Assembly: GCA_051362555.1 (NCBI GenBank)
Contig: CM120643.1
Location: forward strand, 496,001 to 560,000
Length of the DNA stretch: 64,000 nt
From: Lingula anatina
Taxonomy: Eukaryota; Animalia; Brachiopoda
Reading direction: 5' to 3'
In this document: positions 38,501 to 53,500 of the stretch, piece after piece
Layout: each line of letters opens with the position of its first letter
How positions within the stretch are numbered: the stretch's first letter is position 1
Position numbers and translations under genes: made by a program
The notes under the pieces: model-generated
Seen by the model: only the letters and a program-made list of their open reading frames with translations
The model's database searches: none
What the model was told of the DNA's origin: nothing

Positions 38501-41500
38501 CAGGAGCTCTTTCAGGATATCCTGGTCACAGGGGTATCCTTCTAGTATTCTCTTGATTCTATTTGTAAGTTTTTCCTTCTGACCAAAGGGTATTCCCATT
38601 GAACATTTTCTAAGCTTTTCACCTCTTTTCGTCTGAACACCAAGGCCTATAGCATCATGATATGGTAAATCTTTGTGTGCACAATGCATGTCATCATCAT
38701 CATTCTCAAGCCATGGGCAATCATCAAAACAAAGATGCTTTGCTTCAGACATCACTCCATCTTCATCTGGTAAATAAATGGGCCCATTTTTATCTTCAAT
38801 TGATTTCAGCTTTGTTGTGAGGGGTACTTTCTCCTTTTTTACCTCATCCTCAATATTCTGCTGTAATGCAGACACAATTTGACGTATGTATAATGGCAGT
38901 GATTTTTTGCTGTATGTTTGATGTGGTTTCTGTAGGGCCTTTATATAATCTGCAATATCAAAGTCTTCTCGAACACCAGCAGCTTCCATGACATCAGGGA
39001 AGTCTCTCCAGTCATAAGGATGCCCAAAAAGAAGTGGCTCAAATCCACCCTTGGAGTTGAATATAACTTTACTGCCTGAGACAAACTCTTGTGACTGCGG
39101 AATGTACACTGCATTTCTCTTTTGCAGTGCATTACTGATAGCGGACTGTTTTGCAGGTTCCCTTCGCAGTAAATCATTCAGATACTGATAAATGTCCCTA
39201 ATTAGATCTTTCAGCTTCTTTTCAAACTTTCCACACTTTGGGGCAGCTGCGATGGCCTCATCAAACTGGTCCCATACCTGATCAAGTTCAACATCTTTTC
39301 GAGACTGTATTTGGAGCAACCTCTCCACACTTCTATTCATTTTCAATTCCCTTCTGTCGACAACAGCAGTGGTAGAAGACACCAAATTTTCCACATCTGC
39401 TGAAAAGCATTCTTTAGGTGCAGCAAGATTGTTGTGATTGCCTTTCCAAGGAAGTGGGTAACCGTCTGGTTTGGGCTTAACTGGAAGAAATGGCACTTCA
39501 CATAATACGCCTCTGAGTTCACTTTCCAATTTACTACCTTCTTTTCCACTCAGCCTCCAGGCTAGGTACTGCAATATTTCTTTCCCTCTCTCTACTCCTC
39601 TTGCATTATCTGTTTGATGGAGACCAGCAACACTTTTGGCTCTCTCCAAAATCTGCCCACAGCTGATGTCTTCAAAGATGCCAAGTTTTTCCAATACCAG
39701 AAGGCGGCGTGGGTTCAGGTATGACCTTTCGGTTCCTTTGATGAAAATCCCATCTTCCTCATAATACAATGAGGCAGCTCTGCTTTTTGGGTGCATGAGA
39801 GCACAGGGTTGCTTTAACTCCCCATGAGGTGTGGAAGGAATGCATGGGTATCTCTGCAAGAGTTTATTGAGATCTTCATCATCTTGGTCAATTGCATAAA
39901 GTATCAAAGTATCTCTGACATCTCCATCAAGAGTGTTGATGCTTGGGAAAACTGCTTCATTGTATAACCTGTGAAGGTCAAACATGATCTTTCCTTGAAT
40001 CTCTCCAGGTGCAAATAACAACATGGTTTTCATGGTCTCACTGGGAACTTTTACATATATTTTTCCCCTCTCCTGGAGATAATCTTCTAATATTCTTTCC
40101 GCATGGGTCACTATATTTGATCCCTTGACATCATCTGTGAGGATACCAACATTGTGGACATTTTCCCACATTTTCCCATTTGAAAATAAAGCGGGCGCCT
40201 GCTGTTCCTCTGTGGAAAATAAGGAGGCATAATACTGCTGCACAAGAGGCTCACATACTGGTTTATATGTGCTCCCACAGGTTGGCCACAATTCGCTAAA
40301 GCTGTAAGGTGTACCACATGTTAATTCTCTCAAGTCTTCAAGACAAAAAAGAAGTGCTTTGGGAATGACATCCTTCAAGATGATTTGGTTCCATTCAGCT
40401 CCTTTTGAAACTTTATCATCCATTGTTTTCTCAGTTAAATGTTTGCGGTTGGACTCCACAGAGAAACTTCCGTTGACATGGAATGAGAATCCACTGGAAA
40501 TTGGAAGAGGGAGATAACAAAAGAATGTTCCCTTCTGAGTACAAAGTGGTGTATATCTAATGCTGCCTTCAACACTGCACTCCTTCAATTGCACCGCCAC
40601 TCCACCTGTAGGTACAAGACCAGATCCCTGGCACATGGTCAACATCTTTGATGTGAGGTCTCCCATACATGACGTAACCAGCCAGAAATCTTTCTTCTCC
40701 TCAGTTTTGATAATACTCACACTACCTGCATCCATTTTGGAGGACATTTCAAGAAGAAGGGACACTGTTTGATTTTTAGTGTCTTTGGGCATTGGAATTG
40801 ATGGCGCTGATTCTGCTGATTGGAGGGCTTGGGTTGAAGCTTTTAAAATTTGTGTTTGCTGAACCTCTGGCAAATGCAAACCTCTTATCACTTTTGAGAT
40901 GTTCTTTGTTGTTTCATAGATACACTGCATCATTAATGGGGTTCCATCCTTGGGGAGGTGATAAATTGATATTTTCTTTACATTTTGAGTAAAAAGTAGA
41001 ACTTCTGAAGATGAATCGACCAATTTCTGAAGAAGCAATTGCACTTGTTTTTCATCATAATGCACGTCGCTGATCTCACTTTTATAGGATTGTTCCTTTG
41101 TTCGTAGAGGAAATCTAAATAATGTTGCATTGTAGCTAAATATGCAAGATTTGGCAGTGGAATCAAGATTGCAGCCAAAAATCCCATTAAAAGGCTTGAA
41201 TTGGTTCTTCAACTTCTGAAGCTTTTTTCTGTTTTTTAAATTAATCTTAATTCCAGGTTTTGATCTTGCTGCTCTTCCCAAATGTTTCATATGCGGATCA
41301 AAGATGGCTATACTGTTACTGCTAATGAAACTTGGAACATCAGTTAGATTGTAGACTGCATTGAACCCAAGTCCAAATTTGCCAATTTTGTCACTCATCT
41401 TTTCTTTGGTTGCACCCCCCAGCTGAACAAGGTTTTTGAAATCTTCTTCTGTGAACACAGCATCATTATAGGCCCAGAGAGCAGGTCCTTGGCAACTTCG

Positions 41501-44500
41501 CATTCCCTCATCTATCAAGCATGTCTGGGCATCTTCATTTCTTCTCTGGTCATACAGAAACTTCACTTCTTGGGCTCCTGCATCATCAGCATTTTGAATA
41601 AGTTCCTTAGGAACGGATAACCCATCTGTGTAGCCTTCCTTAAGCAGATTGTGAAGGCGACAGGTCAGTGGCTCAGATTGGCCATAGTTCATGTCCAACT
41701 CTTCTACATCTAAAATACGACTCATAAGAGTTGGCACACCTAACTTTTCACTAGTTTGCATTGAGACATGCTCATGGACAAAGAAGATAGATTCTGTTTC
41801 TTCATCATTAATATCAGTGACATCATACCCTTGCTGAAGCCAGTCCATATCACAGTAAGTGCACTGGGAGACTGGCTTAAGGATGAGGGTGGATTTGTCA
41901 TCACTATGAACAGGCACTAAGAGCTTATCTGGCAGTTGGGATATTGTAACCTCGTCCATTGACTCAACAATGTGCAACAGATCAATAATGGTCTGAAGAT
42001 CTCTCTGTGCATCAAGATCTGCAGCGTTGCTGTTGGTTATCTGAGACTGGACCCTTTCTTCTTGTTGGTATTTGATTTCGATATTGCTTTGCACCTGCAG
42101 AATGATTTCAAGTTTATCTTTTGGTTTCACACCATACTGGGAAAATTGTTCGCTGAATTGCTCTACTTCTCTTGGAAGGACAAACAAATGAGGGTGCAGC
42201 TGAATCCCTTGCAGTTCTGGAGGAATACCAGGGACAACATCTTTTGATGAGGAAAATCCATCTCCATTCCAGATCCATTTCTGTGAGCTGGATTTAAGGC
42301 CTTCGTAGGGAACATCCCTCCTAACTGGATGAAACAATTCTCCATAGATATCTAGAATCATTGGCAGAAACACACTCTTTTCTCTGCTTGTATAATGGCT
42401 TACTACCTGTTCTAACTGGGCTATGACTTTTGGCATAGTGGGCCTTTCGATCCATCCAAATTCCCTGGCAATCTCTTCATTCACAACCTCATAAGAGACA
42501 TGTTCCACAGAACCAATCACTTTTTCATAGATACTGCTGTGCAACTCACTTGGACTTAAAAAGGTGCAATCCGATGGACACCAAGGCAAAGAATTGGGAT
42601 AATTCTCTGGCCTTGACTTGACCTTGATAAACCTGGTTCTTTTCAAACAGCTCGAGAGCCTGTTTCCGTTTCTCAGCCTATTCTTTAATATAGTTGGTCT
42701 GGATCTCAAAATGGTCATAATTGCTTCTGATTTATCCATCAAAATGTTTTGCGTGGTCAATCCCTTTTGAACGTACTGAGCTGCCTTGTAAATGTCCTCT
42801 GCAGTTATTTTTTCTCTTTCTGTCTTCAATCCTAACCTTTTCAGAGCCGCATGTAATTGTGGATCATCCTTATACTGTCCAGTTGGAAAGATGTCACATA
42901 CCCCATGAAAGAGATCAAATACCACTGAATCATGGTGATCAAACAATTGGCTTGCTGTAAATCTCTCTCCTGATTCATTTGGAACAAAAGGAATGTCTCT
43001 CACCATATGACGTATTTCTTTATCTTCATTCATGTTGATGGTCAGTACCTGCTTCATCAAAATATCAATCTCTCCGCTTTCCTGGTACCACTCAATGTCT
43101 GCTAACACAATTTCTCCTAGCAATTCATTCGTGTCCAAAATTCTTATTCCTAATTGCTGAACTAGCAATTCAGAGTCTGTTCCTGATGCATCGATAAACT
43201 TCCAACGTAATGAAAAGCTTGGACGTTGATGTAAAACCCAGGGTGCTTCATGGAGAGAAACTCTGTTGCCAGAACTTTGAGGATCAGAGTATTCTGTTCC
43301 ACCAACCGACATAAAGATTGGAAGTTCCATAAGCAATTTTCTGTGTGACTTTATGTCATGCGCAGAGGCTTCAGAGACAAGCTTTCTGAGCTTATCCTTC
43401 TCTGCCATTGGCCAGTCTTTTATCTTTTCTAAGTTGGTTTGGGTCTGCACATTTGAAAGAGCCTGTAAAACACCTTCAGGTGTTGGAGGACTTATGTATT
43501 TTGGTACAACAGCATGGTGATCTTCAATAAATTTGGGGAGATTCTGAAATACAATTACCCCCAATGCTTTAAGCCACTTAGCTAAACCATCATCAAGTCT
43601 GTCCCCTTGCCAACAAGTTATCAAAGCAGGTAAGCCAGAACTCAGCTTCACAATTCTACAAGAAGACAGATCAAGAAGAATGTGCAAGTCTTCAAACCTG
43701 GAGAGATTGTCAGGGAATTGACGGGTCAGGTACTCCCATGCCATCTGAAGCCAGCCATGAGTAGGATGGTTAGTGGTGTGTTGATCCCAGTGTTTGGTGT
43801 TGTCTCTGCAGGGGTCGAAGAGTCTTCTGATCAATTCAGCCATTGAAGTCTTGTCTAGAATTTTCAACTGGGTTAATCCTAAAGTGAAACAAAAATGAAA
43901 ATTTCTCTTTTTTAATTGCAGTTTTTTTTATTAAACTTGTATTTCATTAATAATATATATCAGTGTCATGAAAGATTAACAATATGAATGACAGCATGCA
44001 TAATTGGCACATAGAGACATCTATAAAATCTTATTTTCTGCAGAACGAGTTAACAGCCATTTCCTATGGTGACAGTGACTGTTTAACCCTTCACTTATGG
44101 CACAGCAGAGAAGAACATATATTGACCTTTATGAATCTGTATATAAAATCCGAAAAAAATTTTTTAACCCTCAAGAGACCAAGCTATTTTACTGACTGAA
44201 ATGACCAATCAAAATATATTATACATACAGTGACAATAAAGACATAGACAGTGATCAGAATACATACAGACACATTCAATATCTCAACAGACAATGCAAA
44301 GTCAGCAAGGTGCACAGGGATCCTCATTATAAAATGCTGTTGAGGATTTATCACACCTATACTACTCCCAGGATTTATGACAAGTGTTTTATAATGATCT
44401 AATGTAATAAGTATTTGGTGATAATACTTTTATTACATGAAATAACCAAGCACAGATTTTAAGAACAACATTACACCGGTATTTAGACAGTCCCTGTCAG

Positions 44501-47500
44501 TTTCCACTTGCAGAAATATTTCTCTTTTTATTTGCCACACTAAATGAAAAAAGTACATTACAAAATGACTTTGAGTAAAAATATTTTGACTTATGTTGAG
44601 GTAGCATCCTGCTAACTTCAATAAGAATAATTAGCTGACTTGCTGAGTAGGGAATAGCCTAATGCTGGTAAGGAAGTCATACTACTCAGAACACATTCAA
44701 TCAACCTACATGTATGTTACTACCACATCTGTGTATAAAACAAAATCCACACAAACAATTTGTTAATATATTGTAACGCGAGGGGTCGGGCCCGAGCGAC
44801 CGCGACACCCATGCGCGGCATGGGAACTTGGATGTTTCTTAGGGAAAGTATATCCCTGTCCTTCAGAAATAAAGAGGCAGATTTATGTTTTAATAAATTT
44901 TATTAAACGGATAAATCGACCATAAAATTCTCAAGTCAGTGGTGACCATCACATGACTTATTGTCATAAATGTCTATAAAATTGAGGAGTTGGCGTTGCG
45001 CGTAGTGTGAGATGACATCTGAGATGGAGTCGACCTCGTTGACGGCACTGCATTGGATGGCATCGTTAATGGAATCGGGTAGCGTGCGATGACATCAGGC
45101 ATCTCTAGTGGTAACCATGCGTAGGACGGCCTCGTTGACGGTTCGCGTTAGATGACTTAGTTGATGGAATTGGGTAGCGTGCGATGACATCTGCATCTCT
45201 AGTGGTAACCATGCGTAGGACGGCCTCGTTGATGGCACCGCGTAGATGGCATCGTTGATGGAATTGGGTAGCGTGCGACGACATCTGGCATCTCTAGTGG
45301 TAACTACGCGAAGGACGACCTCGTTGGCGGTTCGCGTTAGATGGCACCGTTGATGGAATTGGGAAGCGTGCGACGACATCTGGTATCTCTGGTGGTAACT
45401 ACGCGAAGGACGGCCTCGTTGACTGCACCGCGTTGGATGGCATCGTTGATGGACGTCGTTGACCCTCACTTTGTTTCTTCTTGGTATCAGCTGGCTGAAT
45501 AAGGTATCTGGTGTTCTCAATGGGATAACTAAGGAAACTAAAATAAAAACTACCCCCAAGTCTCATGGAGGATTTCACCGCGCACTTGGACTGGAACATC
45601 ATCAACAGCACCAAGTTGACGTCTGCGCCGATGGCGCCCCGGACCCGAACGGCCTTTCACCCGAGGATGAGATGTGCACTTCTCGTCGCCATCAAAACCA
45701 GCAGCAACCTTGGCCAGGAACCTGTCAACTGCACCCCAAGGTCTTGGCCAGGAACTTGTCAACTGCAGCCAAGGGACCAGTTCCTACATGCTGGAACCCC
45801 TCCTCACCAGGAAAAACACCTCCATATTCAGTCAGCCAACTGTCCACTTAAAAACTTAATAATTGCTAGGAGCCCTTATATTAAAGAGAGGGTGCTGCCC
45901 TCTAAAAACTCACTGATCTAACTTTGTAAAACCATAGCTAAATAAGCTTGCCAATCACCTTATTTGTTAAAAGCATAAACCACTTGACTTAGGTAACTTA
46001 ACGAATTCTCTGACCTTAGCACTTTATTAAAGAGAGGGTGCCACTCTCTGAAAAGCTCACAAAACTAACCTTGTATGACCATAGTTACAAAAGCTTGCCA
46101 GTCGCCTTACTTGATAAAGACATAAACTTGGCGGTATAAGTCCACCCTTCTAATTAGGTAACTTAATGAATTCTCTGACCTTAGCACTTTATTAAAGAGA
46201 GGGCGCCACTCTCTGAAAAGCTCACAAATCTAACCTTGTATGACCATAGTTAATAAGCTTGCCAGTCGCCTTACTTGTTAAAAACTCAGAAACTAGTGGT
46301 AATTAATCTAACGAGCACATGCCGGTAAATTTTAAATGACCCAAACATTAAAGATAATCGGTTTCCATATAGTAATAACCCCTTAAGGTAACTCGAGATA
46401 ACTTGTCCTCTTATAGAGATAACCCCTTAAAATAACTTAAGATAACCTACAGAGATAACCTAAGATAAGCTTTGATCTCATAGAGATAACCCATTAAGAT
46501 AACTTAAGATAACCTATAGAGATAACCTGAGATAACCTTTGATCTTATAGAGATAACCCATGAAGATAACCTGGGATAACCTATAGAAATAACCTAAGAT
46601 AACATGTTCTCTTATAGAGATAACCTGTTAAGATAACTTAAGATAACCTATAGAGATAACCTGAGATAACCTTTGATCTTATAGAGATAACCCATTAAGA
46701 TAACCTGGGATAACCTTTGATCTTATAGACATAACCCATTAAGATAACCTAAGATAACCTGTAGAGATAACCTAAGATAACATGTTCTCTTATAGAGATA
46801 ACCTGTTAAGATAACTTAAGATAACCTATAGAGATAACCTGAGATAACCTTTGATCTTATAGAGATAACCCATTAAGATAACCTAAGATAACCTGTAGAG
46901 ATAACCTAAGATAACATGTTCTCTTATAGAGATAACCTGTTAAGATAACTTAAGATAACCTATAGAGATAACCTGAGATAACCTTTGATCTTATAGAGAT
47001 AACCCATTAAGATAACCTGGGATAACCTTTGATCTTATAGAGATAACCCATTAAGATAACCTAAGATAACCTATAGAGATAACCTAAGATACCGTGTTCT
47101 CTTATAGAGATAACCTGTTAAGATAAATTAAGATAACCTATAGAGATAACCTGAGATAACCTTTGATCTCCTAGAGATAACTACAGTAACATAGACGAAC
47201 AGGTAAAAGAGAAGAAAAAAAATTAACTGAACATCACTTAATTACTTGCACAGGGAGTGCAAAACAACAGAAGCGGGTAATTAGTGGTGAAAAACGGTTA
47301 ATAGTAAAAAAAGGGAGGTCATGGGGAAGCTACGCGAAATATCTAAACAGAGAACGTAACTTCGATCTAGCAACTACTACAAGTTGAACTTACTAAAATT
47401 AGATAAAGTTTCATTAAATTCAGTTCCAAACTACATAGAAAATGGCTAATGACAGGCGGGTTACCCCCGCGGGGGCACCCTCTAAATAAAATCTAACTCA

Positions 47501-50500
47501 CTGGTACTAAAGGCTGTTGATTCTAATTCTGTCGAGAGGGGAGTCAGCTTTTTCGAAGAACCCACGCTTTGGCTCTGCAGCCCTATTTATAGACTCCGTT
47601 ACGTCATGCTCGCGCTGTGGTCAAAGGTCGAAGGTCGCGACCTAACAGCATGGCCGCTCTGCATGGAAGTGTCACTAACTTGTGTATTGTAGATTTAGCG
47701 CCGTATTTCCATTATTTGGGATTTAAATGAAGAATTAACCTATGGGTTTAGTTGGATAAACTCCAGGACATATGTCTCTAAGGAAAAACGAAGTCTTAGG
47801 TAAGATTTAATGTAAAGTTATTGAAGAAAAGTAGATTCCGGTCATAGCAGACGATCGTGCAGCACATGTTTACATTGTTTCTAATGATTTTAAATAGCAG
47901 ATTCGTGGCTCCTGTGACCCCCTTTGTTACAATATGTATAATATGATATCGATAGAATTCTTTAGATTTCCGAAATACCCGAAAATTGTAACCATCAAAA
48001 TGAGAGACCCAGTTATGAGAACAATTTCCAACAAAGCTACTGAAATTTTATACAGCAATGCACTATTAGTCACACTTCAAGCACAATCTTAAATTCACAA
48101 AACACTTATTTGTGCCTATGATTTGGGCACACTGGCTGATTGCATGAAGCACATGCATGTGACATTTTCCTGTCAGTGTTGCATGGGCAAAAGATTTGAA
48201 TAAAATTTAAAAACTAATATTTAAAAACCAATGCTTCTCTTTGCGGTTATAAATGACCCAACAAGAGTTTGTGATGTATACGCCACACTAATTGGTTAAT
48301 CCCTACAAAAAACTGTGAAAGTGTGTAGGATTAGTAGACTAACAAAAACTCATCCAAGGAAAGAAAATTCGAATAAAAAATAAAGAGATGGCACATTAAA
48401 TCATATGATTGGGGTCGTAAATGACCCCACCCAGTCACTTGAGGGTTAATGACCAGATTTGTTTCTGAAAAAGGTAACGTAATCCAAAGATTCTTTTCCA
48501 TTCAATTGAACTTGCCTATTAGCAGATTCTAAGTGCTGTTTAGAACTTTAATAGTTATACCTAAAGTTGCCATCTTTTCCAGGTGTGCAGCAACCTCAGA
48601 TGGAACTCTCTCAGTCTCCAATAAGCTGTGGGTCAGCCCGGGAAGAAGCTCTTTTGGATGATCCTTGGTTGGAATATACACTGCATCATTTCCACTGGAC
48701 TGGAACCTAACAATTTGGTCGCTTCGTGGCAAAAGTTTGATCCCAATTATATCACCATAGGATGAATCAGAGAGGATGTACTTCAGGATAGACATCTTTT
48801 TGACAAATGAGAGGCTGTCTACCCAGGTGGACACACTTGGTTTCTTTAGAGCAGTGCGCACATGTCCTGGCTGAATCTTAGCAATTTTCACTTCATGCTT
48901 TTGTAATGCTTCTTCTACGTGTGATAAGACTGTGCAAATCTTTTCGCCACTTTGCATGAGAACATTCACAAGATCTTCAACATTGTCCATGTTAGGGCTT
49001 AAATCATTGAACAAGACTTCACTGGCATTGTGCCATGTACTGGCAGAGGAAGAGGTGTCGGTTGTTGGGCTATAAAATGATTGCCTCCTTAGAGTCACTC
49101 TGTACATACATGTGACCATTTTTTCAAATTTTGGATCAGTTACACTGCAGTCTGGCATTGCATTATAAACGCACATTGGTGAAAAGCCTGCGAGAATGGC
49201 ACAATTTAGGAGTTCTGCATACGCCACTGAAACTGCTTCTTCCACCAAGCAGATGTTCCACAGAAGTGCTTTATCTGTCAAGGCAGACCTATCTTGGTCT
49301 GCAGTGGGCCATTTCAGTTGTCTGCGATTTTGGCTGAGTGCAAAGAACCCGCTGATGTGAACTGGTAGACCAGTCACACTTTTTTCTTCAAGTGGGAGCG
49401 GTAGGAAACAGAAGAAGTGGCCCTTTGGTTGTTTGGGCTTCTTTTTGACTTGTTGAAATGGTTCGTCCTTTGTGCTACAACACATAGCAACAGCCACCCA
49501 TGGAAGGTAACCCAGTTTTGAATCATTTGCCAGTTCTTGAAACTGTGAACTCACTTGGCCTCCAGAAAAGTGGTTTGTGAGCATCCATTTGGTCGTCTTA
49601 GAAGTTTTGTCAACAGACTTTTTGGCCTTCTTCAAGGGGGGAGGTGTGGAGGCAGCTGATTGGTGGATATATGTCGTCTCTGTGAATTGGAGCTCATACG
49701 TGGACTGAATTGGTTTTTCTGGCCACTCATTGGTTTGTTGCACCTTAGCAATTTCTGACAAAAACTCTCTACGCTTTGATCTCACACCTTTGTTTTTATG
49801 TAATGCCAACCTAAAGATTAACTCTGGTTTCTCACTTCCTTCTGTTCTTTCATACAATTCAATGCTTTCCAGTGATGACAAAAACAAAAGGTTCATATAT
49901 GCACATGTCATGAAAGATTTGAACAAACTGTCAATTTTTTCTGATGCATATATCTGCTCTGACAATTGTGAACAGAATTGAGAGGGATCTTGTAAACCTG
50001 TCCTGAGTGGAAAGCGAAACAGTGTTCCCTTATAAACTTCACCACTGAATGTTATGTCACGGCCACCAAAAATCCCCACAAATGGTTCAAACTGATCAGG
50101 CAAAGAAGAGATTTCTCCCTCATCATTTTCAAGATGCCATTGCTTCCCTGTTGTCCTGGGACCAAAGAATTTTTCATGTGGATCTAGGAATCCTATCTTG
50201 TCTCCACTTATTACGCTTGGTAAATCTAGAAGTAAAATGTAGAAGAATAGAAAAATAAATGCCCAAACACATAAGGTTTAGGCAATGACACATATGATTT
50301 ATGCACAGGCTCATAAGGTTTATGGACAGGCACATAAAATGTCTGAGCATGCATGCAATGCTTTATCTGAGACTTTTTTATAGACAATATAGGGACATAC
50401 GTCACTGAGCTCCGAAAGACAAAATGTTGCCCAGTATACCACATGCATATGGAAGTACTAGAATTATTGCTGGTAATATTAAACTAGACAGCAAAGCTGA

Positions 50501-53500
50501 AAAATATACAGACACCATAATGGAAACAAGGCAGCAAAGCTGACAAATGTTTAGACATTCAGACTCACAAAAGTGCCCCAAATAATGTTTTGGCCAATTT
50601 TGATACACTACTACATAATATTTTAAAACAGCACAATCACTCTTACCCTCTTAAATTTCATACTGCAGGTAACATTGACAGTGAAAAACTACCAAGGGAT
50701 TCAGTTTCATTGCCTATAAAAGGTTCTATAGTTATAATGTGTAAAATATTCAAACAATAAAAAAAAACAGAATAATTATGATTAATGTAAACCGATATCA
50801 TGCCAATTTCAAAAACAACCTTCCTCTTTACCAAACAAAGCCACTCAGTAAAATTGAAAGTAAAACAAAAATACTGTTTGGCAGTTATGGGGGGAACGTC
50901 TACAAAGTTGTGCAAAAAAAAAAAAAAAAAAGATCAGAGTATTGTACCACCAGCTGCAGCAAGCGCATTTGCAGGAAAACAAAAAAATTGGGACACCACC
51001 ACCAGTGTTGTACTTGACAAGCTCCATAAATAGTAGTTAAAAAGAGTTCTCGATTTTTTCATGTTGACAAAAACATTTTATAAGAAAATCATGGGGAAAA
51101 GTAAAAGGTCAAATCCAAATTTGTGAAGTGCATTTCATGGCGAAAAGGAGGCCAGAGGTCAAATTCAAAGTCACAAGATGACCGTCAATATATGAATTCC
51201 CATTCAGGTTCAGTAGTACCAATGGGCATATCTGTGCCAGTTTTGGAGATATAAGGGAAGGAAAATTCAAGGCGAAAAAAGGCTTAAAGTCAATTTCAAG
51301 GTCACACTTAAATTGCCAGTTTGACTTCCTATTCAAGTTCAAAAGTAAACAAGGGCATATAGACTTTCAGTTTTGAAGATGTAAGGGACAAAAAAGAGCA
51401 AGCGAGTTAACTTCCAAAGCTGCAGTAATTAATTCTCGGCTGCGCTCACTGGAAATTCTGGCACCTTGATGCATGAGCAGTAGTATCTCTAAACTGTGGA
51501 GTTCATCAGATTGCACTCATATCTGTCGTGTGTATATGGACCTCATCTTCTTCATCTTGTTGTTGCACAAAAGCAACAAACACATTTTTCCAAGCAACAA
51601 TGACTGCCATTTCCTTCTCTCTAGCTTATTACTGCGCATGTGTCGAGGTGTCAGAATCTCCTCCCAGCGCACCCGAGAATTAAGTTCAGCTTTGGAAGTA
51701 ACTCGCTCGCTCTGCAAGTTAATTACGCCATGGGGTATTCGGGGCTCAGACCGTGATCACTATAGATACCGCCAATGGATTTTTTGTATATTAAGAATTT
51801 AGATTTTTCATGTGAACAGTGCCTAAAGGTCAATTTTAAGGTCACAGTTACATTACCAGTGTATGACTTCCAATTCAGTTCAATAGTTACTATGGGCATA
51901 TCTGTCATTTTTGGAGATATAGGGGACTGAAATATTGCAGTTTTGGAGTTAAAGCAATGTGCCATAAATTTTGTACAGAAGAAATTTATTGTATTTAAAT
52001 AGAGAAAAGGTCATTTTGTTTGGTATTCATGAAATGTGCTCATGAAATTCTAGATGTTCGAATTTCTTGAAATAATGTCATTTTTGACCAGAAGTTGCCT
52101 GCCTTGTCTTGTCCAGACGTTTAAAATTTTATGCACATTACCATATAATGTACTTTTTGATACAGCATAACTGGTAAACCATATGAAAAAAAAAAAAAAA
52201 ACACAGACACCACTATCAGTGTTGGGCTTGACATGCTCTATCAAACGGTTCTACCATTAACAGTTCAGGAAAAAGAGTTTTCAGTTTCGGCATCTAATGG
52301 CTGCTGCTCTCGAGAAAATGTACTGATTGACCCCAAACTCACAGAGATGAAAGATGACCCTATTGGTAACACCTGCCAATAATATAGGTGAGGTCTGTGC
52401 AGTAACTGAAAATCGGTGAAAATATTTTTTTGAAAAAAAAAATCCCATTTTTACATAATTTTGGCCCGTTTGGCCTTGAAATAAAGATCAAAGGTCAAAA
52501 CCAAGGGCATATAGCTACATAGGACAAGCGTTACTAAAATGTTAGGATTGCACGTCCCATTAGGATGTGTATTACTACACGTAGGACTTGCACTACTTGG
52601 GAGCCTTCTTCCTACGGACATTGAATCCTAGTAACGTATGTCCTAGGACTTCCATTCCTAACAATGCATACCCTAGGACTTGCATTCCCAGGACTTAGTG
52701 TCCGGGCAGACTTGCGATACGAGGACGTGCACTCCTGCCACACCGGCATTTGGTGGGCTTTTGTGGCAAAACATTGACTATTTGTATGCATCTTTAAAGT
52801 TAAACAAAAATATGACAGTTTGGCAGTTATGGGGCAAACATCACCAAAGTTGTGCAAAGAACCTGAATAATTACCGCAAATGTAAACCAATCATGCCAGT
52901 TTTCGTATGCAACCTGCCTCTTTACCAAACAAATTTAAAGTCACTCAATATAGTCTTATTTATTTCATCTGTCATAGTGATGATTTCACCGCCAAATTAA
53001 ATTTCAGAAACTTCCACATTTAAATAAAATTTTATATCAATGTTTTGTAAAGATAATTTGTTATAATGACATTTTGTGTATTGAATCTTTTAATGTATTG
53101 TGTTTATTTGAAAGAACTGTAACCAAGTCTTAGAGCGCATTCCCAGAGATTTAGATTGATTCAACTACATCGACCCTGGGGGTTCACGCTAGATTGCTGT
53201 CAGTCGACACGCGCACAGAATTTAATTACCCTCTTACATCTTTAAGTAGGTGGGACAGACATTTAAGCCGGCTAAGCTGACAATAATCTAGTGAGACTCC
53301 CCTCGGGGAGAGATTGATGTAAAATATGTGGGAATGGGGTCTTAAAGGAATTTTTTAGGTCTTAAAAGGATTGAATAACTTCATTTATGGCTTTATCTCC
53401 AAGTTCAGGTCAGTCTTAGTTTAATTATGTTTAAAGTCTCTCTGTAGTTATGTCTGAATTCTTTTAATTGGCTTCAGTATCTCTGACTTAATTTCTTTAG

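Larger units (their letters stand above)
44772..47931 (-). mobile_element. 3.16-kb non-coding solo-LTR-like (or Ginger-like) element in intron 5
   Basis: Termini TGTAAC...GTTACA with an imperfect 16-bp inverted repeat (TGTAACnnnnGGGGTC), ATAT 4-bp TSD on both sides, minus-strand TATAAATA at 47584-47591, internal tandem repeats. Confidence 0.75.

Noticed and set aside
33649-42960. Many short ORFs antisense or out of frame within the giant exon
   Set aside because: Shadow ORFs of the sacsin coding sequence with no independent signals.
33389-43867. Bacterial or viral giant ORF, or horizontal transfer
   Set aside because: It is one exon of an intron-containing gene with canonical splice sites, embedded among animal-type repeats.
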